A stretch of 26,842 nucleotides of DNA from the IMG/VR virus record IMGVR_UViG_3300031812_000019, positions 1-26,842 of that record; one strand, given 5' to 3'. Shown here in pieces: positions 8,185 to 15,963 of the stretch (positions are counted from its first letter, which is position 1; each line of letters starts with the position of its first letter). Below the pieces are notes generated by a model. That model saw only the letters and a list, made by a program, of their open reading frames with translations. It was not told the DNA's origin and searched no databases. This stretch comes from a virus. Taxonomy: Duplodnaviria; Caudoviricetes. The position numbers and the translations under genes are program-made.

Positions 8185-8233
8185 ATAATAGCACGCCCCG
8201 CGAAGGCGTCAAGCAGAAAAATCGAAAAAAATT
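8185..8233 (-). promoter_or_regulatory. Strong sigma70-type early promoter with extended -10 and UP-like tract
   Basis: TTGACG (8212-8207)-N16-TATTAT (8190-8185), TGn before the -10, T-rich tracts upstream. Confidence 0.75.
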
Positions 8234-8278
8234 CGCCGCTCGACGTAAGTGCCTAGTTTTCTAGGCACTTGCGGCGAA
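8232..8278. repeat. Inverted repeat upstream of the early promoter
   Basis: AAGTGCCTAG-TTTT-CTAGGCACTT (8247-8270) enclosed by TTCGCCGC/GCGGCGAA and flanked by A/T tracts. Confidence 0.8.
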
Positions 8279-8322
8279 AAAATTTTTCCAAAAAAATTCC
8301 GCAGCAGCTCCCCGCGGCGTTG

Positions 8323-8365
8323 AAAACTACGAAAATCGTGTACGCACATACATCGTTTTCGTAGT
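8323..8365 (-). terminator. Possible terminator hairpin after thyX
   Basis: ACTACGAAAA (8326-8335) and TTTTCGTAGT (8356-8365) arms, with a short T run after the stem on the minus strand. Confidence 0.45.
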
Positions 8366-8373
8366 GTACGAGG

Positions 8374-9249
8374 TTACACTTTACGGTAGTCGGTGACGAT
8401 TTCGAATGTGCCGTCGGGCAGTGGAATCCGCCGGTAGTCGCCGAACAGATGCGGCGATTCTCGTTGAAGGACCTCGAGCAAGATGTTGGCTAGCTTGCGG
8501 ATCTCCGGTTCAGCGTGCCGACTACCTCGCAGTTCGAGAAAGTAGCGCAGCGCTCGCGCGTTGGCCGTGACGAAGATCTTCGTTTCCGTGGCGTTGGGCA
8601 AAACGCTACGCGCCGCCTGCCGAGCTAACTTCCTGCGATCCGTAGTCGTAGCGTCCGACGGCAGCCACCGCGATGCGAACGATTCGTCCTCGAGCTTCGA
8701 CTCGAGAAGTCGAACGAGTCGAACGTAGGCTTCGCGTGCGCATCGAACCGCGGCCGCCCACTCGGCGTGCAACTCGGGATCGGATGCGATGATGTCCGGC
8801 TCGACGTATTCCGCGGTCGACTCGTCGACGTAACGCTGCGAGAGTTGCGAATACGAGAAGCCCGCGCGATGCCGCACGAGTTCGTGCGTGAGACTCCGAC
8901 TGACGCCCGTGATCAGCAGATTCCAGACAGCGTGCTCCAAGACCGAACCGTGTTCCGACTCCTTGATGTGCTCGAGATACGCCCGGTTGCCACCGGGGCG
9001 CGGTCGAGCAAACGACATGTAGCAAACTCGACCGGCTACCTCGCACAGCACCTCCGCTGACACAGCGCTGTCAAAAATTCGCCCGGGCCCAGGCGGATTA
9101 GCTGACACCACGTTGTCACTACTTTTCCTGGGCCCAGACGAATCCGATGACATCGAGCTGTCACGTGGCCACGCGATGCCGTGATCGCGCAAGAATCGCT
9201 CGAGTTCGCGTTCATCGAGAACCGATCGACCGAGAACGTAAACGCGCAT
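8374..9249 (-). CDS. thyX: FAD-dependent thymidylate synthase
   Basis: AGRVCYMS, HGSVLEH, HELVRHR...SQLSQRY, ARSVLPNATET, NARALRYF and HAEPEIR motifs. Confidence 0.96.
   Translation of the reverse strand: MRVYVLGRSVLDERELERFLRDHGIAWPRDSSMSSDSSGPRKSSDNVVSANPPGPGRIFDSAVSAEVLCEVAGRVCYMSFARPRPGGNRAYLEHIKESEHGSVLEHAVWNLLITGVSRSLTHELVRHRAGFSYSQLSQRYVDESTAEYVEPDIIASDPELHAEWAAAVRCAREAYVRLVRLLESKLEDESFASRWLPSDATTTDRRKLARQAARSVLPNATETKIFVTANARALRYFLELRGSRHAEPEIRKLANILLEVLQRESPHLFGDYRRIPLPDGTFEIVTDYRKV
9058..9163. repeat. Palindromic 45-bp-period array inside thyX
   Basis: TGACA-N6-TGTCA at 9058, 9103 and 9148; both 29-bp spacers are centred on GGGCCC. Confidence 0.85.
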
Positions 9250-9262
9250 AGTGAACCTCGCC

Positions 9263-9961
9263 CTAGTCGATTACGGATAAGATCGCGATCACGTCGTCAA
9301 AACGGCAAACGATGGAACGTTTATCTTCGTAATATGCGAATAAAAACGTCGTGTCCTCGCTCTTCGCTGCCTCGAGAAACGCGACTAAAAGAGAACGACT
9401 AACCGCAACCTGAGGAAAGGCTCTCGAAAAGTCTTCGAGAAAGACGTAACCGTAATCTTCGTGCTTCAGCAGCTTCGCTCGTATCTTCTCGATCGGTAAA
9501 GCACGCCCCAGGTTCGGGCAACTCTCCGCTAGTATTTCGTAATGCTCGCGTGGTGTCATCCGCGGACGCCACGAATCCGAGTAACGCGAAATCAACGGAG
9601 GCGGCGTTTTTTCGCGCGAACGCCAGTCGTACTCGAACGTAAAGACGACTCGATCGCGCGTGGCCACGAGGTCAATCCTTTCGAGGCAGCTAATACGATG
9701 CGTTCGCAACTCGTAAAGAAGCGGTCTCGCAGCGAACTGCGAAATCGCGATGCAACCCGAGTCCTCTTCGAGCTCGAGATCGGAATTCGCAAGTCCGATC
9801 GAAGCGTACGGCGTCGCTGCGAAAATCGAATCGCGCAACCAAAAGATGCCGGCATCGATGCCTAACGATCTCGCTGCCGGCAATGCAACCGATAACGCAC
9901 GCTCGAGCCTCGCGAATTGCGCGCTCTCGATAACGAATCGATGCGTACCTACTTCGGCCAT
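9263..9961 (-). CDS. Hypothetical protein (232 aa), possibly a divergent sliding-clamp-like fold
   Basis: ATG 9961 (MAEVG) with GGAGGGT SD below a terminator; C-terminus VAVSRSLLVAFLEAAKSEDTTF...SIVCRFDDVIAILSVI resembles the end of beta-clamp domain III. The function call is weak. Confidence 0.6.
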   Translation of the reverse strand: MAEVGTHRFVIESAQFARLERALSVALPAARSLGIDAGIFWLRDSIFAATPYASIGLANSDLELEEDSGCIAISQFAARPLLYELRTHRISCLERIDLVATRDRVVFTFEYDWRSREKTPPPLISRYSDSWRPRMTPREHYEILAESCPNLGRALPIEKIRAKLLKHEDYGYVFLEDFSRAFPQVAVSRSLLVAFLEAAKSEDTTFLFAYYEDKRSIVCRFDDVIAILSVID

Positions 9962-9982
9962 CGCTCTACCCTCCGAGTTGAG

Positions 9983-10025
9983 AAAAAAAACGCGCCGGTC
10001 GGCCCCTCTCCTAACCGACCGGCGC
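9983..10025 (-). terminator. Rho-independent terminator after the DNA methyltransferase
   Basis: 11-bp stem GCGCCGGTCGG/CCGACCGGCGC followed by G and T8 on the minus strand. Confidence 0.85.
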
Positions 10026-10871
10026 TCAACTAGGCTCGGCACGCAGCGCAGTCACCTCTCGCTGCGACCGAAGATATTCTACCTCGATTTCGTCGTCGAA
10101 CAAGCCTCGAAGTCGATCGACGATAACTCGAGCGTACCGCGGCGACAGCTCGCAGCCCCAGAAACGACGGCCCAGTCGTTTCGCGACTGCCAACGTGGTG
10201 CCACTGCCGGCGAACGGATCGACTACGAGATCGCCGGGATTCGTCGCCACTCGAATAATGCGTTCGAGTATCGCCTCTGGCATCTGGCATGGATGCGCGA
10301 CGCGCTCAAAGGATACGCTAGATACGCGAGGTTCAAACCATACATCGCGATCTAGAGAAAAGCACTCCTTCAACTCCCGAGGGTGCAAAATCCAAACATC
10401 GTCAGGAGCGCGACTGCGCGACCCAATCTCGAAGCCTTTACAACGTCGATAAGAATTAAGAGTGTGAATCGCATCCAAATTAAGCGCAAATTGATTCAAA
10501 TCACGAACGTAAAAAAGGATATGAACATGCGCTCGCACAAACTTCTTCTTACACGGAAGACCGTTCGAATAATACCACACGATCCAGTTTCGCATCGTTA
10601 GGCCGAGCGCATCGAGTCGAATCTTGTACTCCGCGACGTACTCGTCGCCCATCGCGAGCCAGAACGATCCGCTCGGTTTCAGTAACCGAATCGCAGCGCG
10701 CAGCCACGCCTCTGCCCATGCGAGATACTCGTCTCGCGATCGACGATCGTCGTAGATGTCGTACTCGTAGCCGATGTTGAACGGCGGATCAGCGAAAATC
10801 AGATCGGCGCACTCCGCAGGCAGCCGCGCCATCGCCTCGACGCAATCGTCGACTACGAGCTTGCCGTTCAC
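10026..10871 (-). CDS. DNA amino-methyltransferase (N6-A/N4-C, beta class), orphan
   Basis: Catalytic DPPF near the N-terminus, HPCQMP, SAM-binding DPFAGSGTT near the C-terminus; no adjacent endonuclease. Confidence 0.93.
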   Translation of the reverse strand: MNGKLVVDDCVEAMARLPAECADLIFADPPFNIGYEYDIYDDRRSRDEYLAWAEAWLRAAIRLLKPSGSFWLAMGDEYVAEYKIRLDALGLTMRNWIVWYYSNGLPCKKKFVRAHVHILFYVRDLNQFALNLDAIHTLNSYRRCKGFEIGSRSRAPDDVWILHPRELKECFSLDRDVWFEPRVSSVSFERVAHPCQMPEAILERIIRVATNPGDLVVDPFAGSGTTLAVAKRLGRRFWGCELSPRYARVIVDRLRGLFDDEIEVEYLRSQREVTALRAEPS

Positions 10872-11443
10872 GCTCGTGCCTCCTTCTCGAGCTCGATCCG
10901 CTTCGCAATAACCGCGACATCAAGCGGCTTCTTAAATACGACGTTGAAGCCGTACTCGAGAAGCTGCTCCGGCTCCGCTTCGTCTTCGCTCGCCAAGCCG
11001 ATGATCAACGTAGCCGCGTAAGCATCGCCCTTGCGCAAGTCTCGAACAATCTCGATCGACTCGCGACGACCTAGAGAAAAATCGAGAACGATCGCGTCAG
11101 GCCGCATCGTGGCCACGAGGGCACCGAACTCGAAGACGCTCGATGCGTACTCGAAACGATAGTCCTCGATCTTCGAGATCGACTCGCGAAGTAAACGATC
11201 GAACGTCGCATCCGTGGCCACGAGGAGAACCTTATACCGAAAATAATCCTCGAGACCGCGCAACGGAATTTCATGCTCTTTCATGAACCGAATTAAATTC
11301 TCTATAGGAATACGCCGATCCTGACTTCCGGGCATGCGATATCCTTTGAGGCGCCCGGAGTTAAACCATTTCAAAACGGTACTGACGCCTACCCGGCATA
11401 TCTTCGCCACTTCGCCCGTCGTGAAAACGTCTTTCCGCTGCAT
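10868..11443 (-). CDS. Excisionase-type HTH plus receiver-domain regulator
   Basis: VFTTGEVAKICRV...KWFNSGRLKGYRMPGSQDRRIP HTH; receiver-like KVLLV...PDAIVLD...KKPLD. Confidence 0.88.
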   Translation of the reverse strand: MQRKDVFTTGEVAKICRVGVSTVLKWFNSGRLKGYRMPGSQDRRIPIENLIRFMKEHEIPLRGLEDYFRYKVLLVATDATFDRLLRESISKIEDYRFEYASSVFEFGALVATMRPDAIVLDFSLGRRESIEIVRDLRKGDAYAATLIIGLASEDEAEPEQLLEYGFNVVFKKPLDVAVIAKRIELEKEARA

Positions 11444-11451
11444 CGACTTCG

Positions 11452-11524
11452 CTCCTTTCGTAGAAAACTCGACTTGCCGAAAGGAGACTTGCGTTCTACG
11501 ATAATAGCGTTGTTCTCCCTTCGG
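11452..11524 (-). promoter_or_regulatory. Structured 5' leader with SD, anti-SD and anti-anti-SD segments
   Basis: CTCCTTTCG (11486-11478) is complementary to the SD region CGAAAGGAG (11460-11452); upstream CCGAAGGGAGA (11524-11514) can pair with the same anti-SD segment. Confidence 0.5.
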
Positions 11525-11527
11525 GTT

Positions 11528-11562
11528 GACCGGCCGGTCGTGGGAAGATCGACCGGCCGGTC
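11528..11562. repeat. Twin 12-bp palindromes GACCGGCCGGTC
   Basis: Copies at 11528-11539 and 11551-11562; together they also form a 13-bp stem hairpin. Confidence 0.85.
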
Positions 11563-11576
11563 TTCGTTTACTCGAC

Positions 11577-12737
11577 TTAGTCTCGACTAATCGCCATCAT
11601 GCCGTAACGCCAGTCGTCCGACTCGATCCCGAAGAAAACGATACCCTTCGAATTCTCCTCGCGCTCGAATACGATCTTCGTCGATTCCAGCGCCTCCGCA
11701 GATACGACGCTGCGCACCGCCGCAAGAAAATCGCCTACGTACTTCGAGTCGAGATAGATCGTGGTTCGCAAATTCGCAGGAACTACGGATTCGAGATCGA
11801 CTCGCGACTTCGCGGACACACCGAGATCCGAAGTCGCAGAAAGCGTAATCGAAGATTCGCCGAACTCGAATCCGATCGTGCGCCACTCCTTCGATACGAC
11901 CGGCTCGATACTCCGATACGCCCGAACGAACGACTCGTAAGGTATCGTGGCTGCGCGATGCACGCGAGCGCGAAACTTGCGATCGAAATCGAGAAAGCGA
12001 TGACCGTTATTCGGTACCGACAACGTCGCGAGACCAACGCGGAACGACTCACCCGCTAAGACGAGCCAACCGTTCGTATCGACGCCGATCTCTACCCGCT
12101 CGTCCGTAGCGTCGAGAAACGAGTACGCAAGCGCCGCAGAATCGTAATCGAGATACGCTAGAACCTTCGACTCCGCACTCGAATCTGCTCGACTGCGAGC
12201 AATCGCGTATCGCTTTTCGTCGGTCGAGAAAACGATAAGACCGTCCTCGCTACTTCGATAAAGAACAAACCGCGACCTCGACTGCACGTTCGACTTCGAC
12301 GCGAAAACCGTGCGAGCGAAAATACCCTCGAGCTCGAACGCGAAACGAACGACCGAAGACTCCGAAGACGAAACGCTAACTCGATCGTGATCCGAGTACG
12401 CGATTTTAGGGAAAACGTACTCCGTCGCTGCAAACCGAATGTAGTCGCGATCCGGACCGCTCGCGATCTCGACGACCTCGCCCGCGGCGCGATCGATCGA
12501 CGATACGAACTCGTTCGCATCGAACGCCGCTGCGCCCTCCTCTACGATTACGATCTTCGTGTCGTCGGCATCGAACCGAATCTCGCCGATCGCGATACCA
12601 CTGCGTGTCGAAAACGATAACTTCCCATCACGAGCCTCCACGAAAACGATCCGACGCTCGAGTACGACCTCGCGTACGATCGATCGTATCGCGCGAAGTC
12701 GATCGCGAACGAGATCCGTTTGGAATCGCGCACGCAT
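11577..12737 (-). CDS. dnaN: DNA polymerase III beta sliding clamp-like protein
   Basis: 386 aa; STDEKRYA matches the ATDGHRLA motif position, IYLDSKYVGDFL matches IGFNxxYLxDxL, C-terminal YGMMAI matches YxxMPx. Confidence 0.75.
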   Translation of the reverse strand: MRARFQTDLVRDRLRAIRSIVREVVLERRIVFVEARDGKLSFSTRSGIAIGEIRFDADDTKIVIVEEGAAAFDANEFVSSIDRAAGEVVEIASGPDRDYIRFAATEYVFPKIAYSDHDRVSVSSSESSVVRFAFELEGIFARTVFASKSNVQSRSRFVLYRSSEDGLIVFSTDEKRYAIARSRADSSAESKVLAYLDYDSAALAYSFLDATDERVEIGVDTNGWLVLAGESFRVGLATLSVPNNGHRFLDFDRKFRARVHRAATIPYESFVRAYRSIEPVVSKEWRTIGFEFGESSITLSATSDLGVSAKSRVDLESVVPANLRTTIYLDSKYVGDFLAAVRSVVSAEALESTKIVFEREENSKGIVFFGIESDDWRYGMMAISRD

Positions 12738-12749
12738 CGCGTACCTCCT

Positions 12750-13088
12750 TTCTTAAATCGAAGAGAAAAAGATCGTCCGCGAAGAGCGATAGCGATACGC
12801 GGACAGTACTCCCCCGCGAACCCGCTACGCGCCTAAGCGCCGGGCCCTGCGAGGCTTCGGAGGTGTCACTCTCAGTCTACCTCCGACGTTCGCCCCATGC
12901 AATCCCCGATACCGTTTTTTCGCACCCGCGACCCCGCTTTCGGGGGGTCTTATTTAAGGCAGGGGTGCAGTTTGCAGAAAAATGACCCTCGCCGTCGTAT
13001 GTTCTTATTATGCAAGTACTTGCGTCAAAAATTTCGTTGCAAAACGACCCCGTAGTAAAATCTGCAGTAAAAGTCGAATAATCCCCGG
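12750..13088. other. Non-coding region, candidate replication origin
   Basis: About 340 bp gap directly after the primase gene, with repeated TGCA(G)..AAAA and GACCC motifs, palindrome GCAAGTACTTGC, hairpins and AT-rich patches. Confidence 0.45.
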
Positions 13089-15140
13089 CTACGCTCGCCG
13101 ACGGCCAACGTAGCGAACCGTCGTCTTCGGTCGGCCACGCTCGCCGATACGCGACCCGACCTCGATCTCGATCTCCTCTTCCTCGGCGAGCGAACGAAGA
13201 ATCTCGTCCCGCTCCGACGGCCGAATCCCGCGAAAGCGCGCGCAAAGGTCCGTCTTCGTTACCGTCCCGCGCTCGCGAATAAACTCGAGTATCTCGTTCC
13301 GCTTCGCTTCGAACGCACTCTCTGCGAGCTTATGCGTCACCACCGCGATCGTTCGACCTACGATCGCCTCCGCAAGCTCGCAGGCCCACTGCGCGACCGA
13401 ATCTCGTACGACTACGTTGCCCTCCGCAACCGCGCCGATAATCGAAAGCTTCCTCGCTGCTTCATATGCGCGCGCCCACAACGATGAATACGGCTCGCGT
13501 ACTCGTAACGCGTATTCCTCGTACTTCTCGAGGTACGAGTCGAAAATCTCGCCGGCTGGCCGCGAATACGTCACGACTACGTTCCCGAGAGAACAAACGA
13601 AATCGACGATCTCCCGCGGCACCGTCTTATCCGCCGGTCGCTGATGCGTCGTGCGATCACGACTCTCGAAAAGAAGAATCCGCGAAAGAAGTCCGCTCTT
13701 TATCGACGAACGCGAGATCGATCGGAAAAAGTCTTCTGGTACCGTCGTGCCCCAGAGTGCGACGTGCGGTCGATCAATAACCCGCGTCTTATCTACGTCC
13801 GCATATGCGACTCCAGTAAAGACTACGTTCGCAGACGTGTAGAGCTTGAGTAATAGTGTGGTCACGTTATAGAGATGTGGACTCGAATACGCATTATGCG
13901 TCGTACTAAGAAATCGTCCGAACTCGTCGAGCTGAAAAAGTTGCGCGCGACTTCGTTCGAGTGCGCGCAGTAACCCCGAACCGCTCGCGATGTCCTCCGG
14001 GCCAACTAACTCGAGTACTCCCGACGCCTTCGCGATGTCACGGATCGCTTGTCGCGTTCGTTCTTTACCGCAACCCGATGGCCCGACACCGACACAGTAG
14101 AGATTCGTCGTTGTGCCGTACTCGTCCGCAATAAAATGCGCGCCGCAGAGCACGCTCACAAACGATAGCGCGGAGCCAAGCGAAAGCATCGGCTGCGGTC
14201 GATACGCGGTATCGAGAATATACCTAGAAATTAGGGCCAAAATGCCAGGTGCTCGATCCACGAATCCCTCGCTCGGCTTCGCGAATTCGACGATCTCGTC
14301 TTCGATCTTTTCGCTCTCAACGATCTGCGCGTAGCGGCATTCGACTAGCGCAGTCTCGATCGCGTTAGCGTCGTATCGCGACGCCGACTCCGCAATGCGT
14401 TGCACTTCGACATCATCGAGCTGCGGCCTGCATCGTCTTCGATTCACAACCGATAGCGTCGAGTAAATCTCCTCGAAGTCGAACCCGATCGAACGCAACT
14501 TCGCACCGATGCGAAAAAGAACGTCGTTCCGGGTGCCCTCCTCAATAACTCGCGTTTCGTCTAACTGTGTGGATTTATTTACTTTCGATGCGTATTCTCG
14601 TTCTCGTTCATCGAGTAGATCGCATAGCCACTTCGGTGGCGTCGAGAGAAACTCCTTAGCGGTATCGAGTTCTTTACCTTCGAGCCACACGTACGCGCCA
14701 GCAAGTAGCTTACTCGGCGGTACCACGACGTAGCCGCCGTCGGTGCGCACGTCAACATTGGCCGCGAGTTTGCGCACCGAACATCGCCACGAAACGCCGT
14801 CCGGCCGACGGAAGAAAAAGTGACGACCGCCTGACGGCGTCACCGAAATCGCACGCGCACTCTCGACAAGCTCGCATGCGCGCTCTTCGTCTTCGGGCCA
14901 ACGCGCATCACTTTTCGAGTCGATATCGATAATGACAAGGCCCGCAGCGGAAACTCCGATATTCGCGTTTGGCCATCGCGTCCACCACGACTCGATCGTC
15001 TTCGTATCCAGCGTCGCATCGCGAACACCGTGCTCCGTGAGCGGATTCTTCGCGCCCGCTACGACTGGTAGCACTTCGTAACCGAGTTCTGCGTAGCGAA
15101 TCGCGGCATGCAGATTACCGAATCTCGCTGACGACGACAT
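13089..15140 (-). CDS. Bifunctional primase-polymerase (Prim-Pol) + PriCT + P-loop/DUF3987-like helicase domain
   Basis: KNPLTEHG, WWTRWPNANIG, IIDID, TPSGGRHFFF, DVRTDGGYVVVPPS; EGTRND (PriCT); GPSGCGKE Walker A and LDEFG Walker B. ATG 15140 has a GGAGAG SD. Confidence 0.9.
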   Translation of the reverse strand: MSSSARFGNLHAAIRYAELGYEVLPVVAGAKNPLTEHGVRDATLDTKTIESWWTRWPNANIGVSAAGLVIIDIDSKSDARWPEDEERACELVESARAISVTPSGGRHFFFRRPDGVSWRCSVRKLAANVDVRTDGGYVVVPPSKLLAGAYVWLEGKELDTAKEFLSTPPKWLCDLLDEREREYASKVNKSTQLDETRVIEEGTRNDVLFRIGAKLRSIGFDFEEIYSTLSVVNRRRCRPQLDDVEVQRIAESASRYDANAIETALVECRYAQIVESEKIEDEIVEFAKPSEGFVDRAPGILALISRYILDTAYRPQPMLSLGSALSFVSVLCGAHFIADEYGTTTNLYCVGVGPSGCGKERTRQAIRDIAKASGVLELVGPEDIASGSGLLRALERSRAQLFQLDEFGRFLSTTHNAYSSPHLYNVTTLLLKLYTSANVVFTGVAYADVDKTRVIDRPHVALWGTTVPEDFFRSISRSSIKSGLLSRILLFESRDRTTHQRPADKTVPREIVDFVCSLGNVVVTYSRPAGEIFDSYLEKYEEYALRVREPYSSLWARAYEAARKLSIIGAVAEGNVVVRDSVAQWACELAEAIVGRTIAVVTHKLAESAFEAKRNEILEFIRERGTVTKTDLCARFRGIRPSERDEILRSLAEEEEIEIEVGSRIGERGRPKTTVRYVGRRRA

Positions 15141-15471
15141 GACACTCTCCACGCGGTACCACTTCGCCACGAACGACTTCGATCCGCGATACGAGAAAAT
15201 CGTCCGCGATAAGACCCGTAAACTCGAGTACGTCGAGGATCGCCTTCAGTACGTTATCGATGTCGCGCCGCCGATTATCCGGCGGTCGCACTTCGACGAA
15301 AACTTCGACTTCGCGATCGAATCGCACGTCTTTCGGAATCGAAAGCACGACGAGCTCTCGATAGTTCTTCGCGGCACGCGAGAGATAGTGACGACCTCGC
15401 GCGTGCCGCCAGTAAGAATTTACCGACGGCGGGTACGGAAGTACTAGCTCAACTCTACGCTTCGGTGGCAT
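15115..15471 (-). CDS. rusA: RusA-family Holliday junction resolvase
   Basis: PYPPSVNSYWR, PPDNRRRDIDNVLKAILD and DD motifs. Confidence 0.92.
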   Translation of the reverse strand: MPPKRRVELVLPYPPSVNSYWRHARGRHYLSRAAKNYRELVVLSIPKDVRFDREVEVFVEVRPPDNRRRDIDNVLKAILDVLEFTGLIADDFLVSRIEVVRGEVVPRGECHVVVSEIR

Positions 15472-15478
15472 TACAATG

Positions 15479-15946
15479 TTATCGCTGCGCGTTGCCGCGC
15501 CGTGGTGGCCGCGGCGTCGATTCCTTAGTCTCGCCTAACTTCGGTTCCGGAAGTCGATACGGATAATAGTTCACGACTCGCGGATACTGCGTACCGTTCG
15601 GCGACGATCGATAGCGAAGATCGATAACGAGTAGCGAGCGAAGGAGCTCGTCCGTATCCGAAATCTTCGTCTTACCGCACGCCGTGCAAATCGCAGCCAA
15701 CTCGGCCTTCGCGTACTCGCGAGCCACCGGATTATCATGGAGAACGTTGACGCGCACGAGAATCGTTCGGCCGAGATACTCCGCAGGTTCCTGCACAGTA
15801 AACTCGACCGCGAGATACTGGCCTGTGCCGCTCATCGAAGAACGAATCTCGGTCTTCGTGATCGCGACTACGTAGCGGCCTTCGGGCAGCATGCCGAATC
15901 GAGTCGGTACACTCGACGCATCAAACTCTTCGGGTAAAAGTGCCAT
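15479..15946 (-). CDS. DUF669-like single-stranded DNA-binding protein (155 aa)
   Basis: ATG 15946 with AAGGAGAG; LPEGRYVVAI...GQYLAVEFTV...LAAICTACG; follows the Sak4-like ATPase as is typical. Confidence 0.8.
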   Translation of the reverse strand: MALLPEEFDASSVPTRFGMLPEGRYVVAITKTEIRSSMSGTGQYLAVEFTVQEPAEYLGRTILVRVNVLHDNPVAREYAKAELAAICTACGKTKISDTDELLRSLLVIDLRYRSSPNGTQYPRVVNYYPYRLPEPKLGETKESTPRPPRRGNAQR

Positions 15947-15963
15947 CGCTTCTCTCCTTTCTT

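Noticed and set aside
9058-9163. Mini CRISPR array or intein/intron in thyX
   Set aside because: Boxes are only 16 bp with variable centres, the spacers resemble each other, no cas genes are present, and there are no intein or self-splicing intron hallmarks.
10868-11443. Excisionase implying a temperate lifestyle
   Set aside because: The HTH is fused to a receiver domain and there is no integrase.
12877-13245. 122-aa minus-strand ORF covering the putative origin
   Set aside because: Overlaps the primase end out of frame, with no clear SD and no protein-like features.
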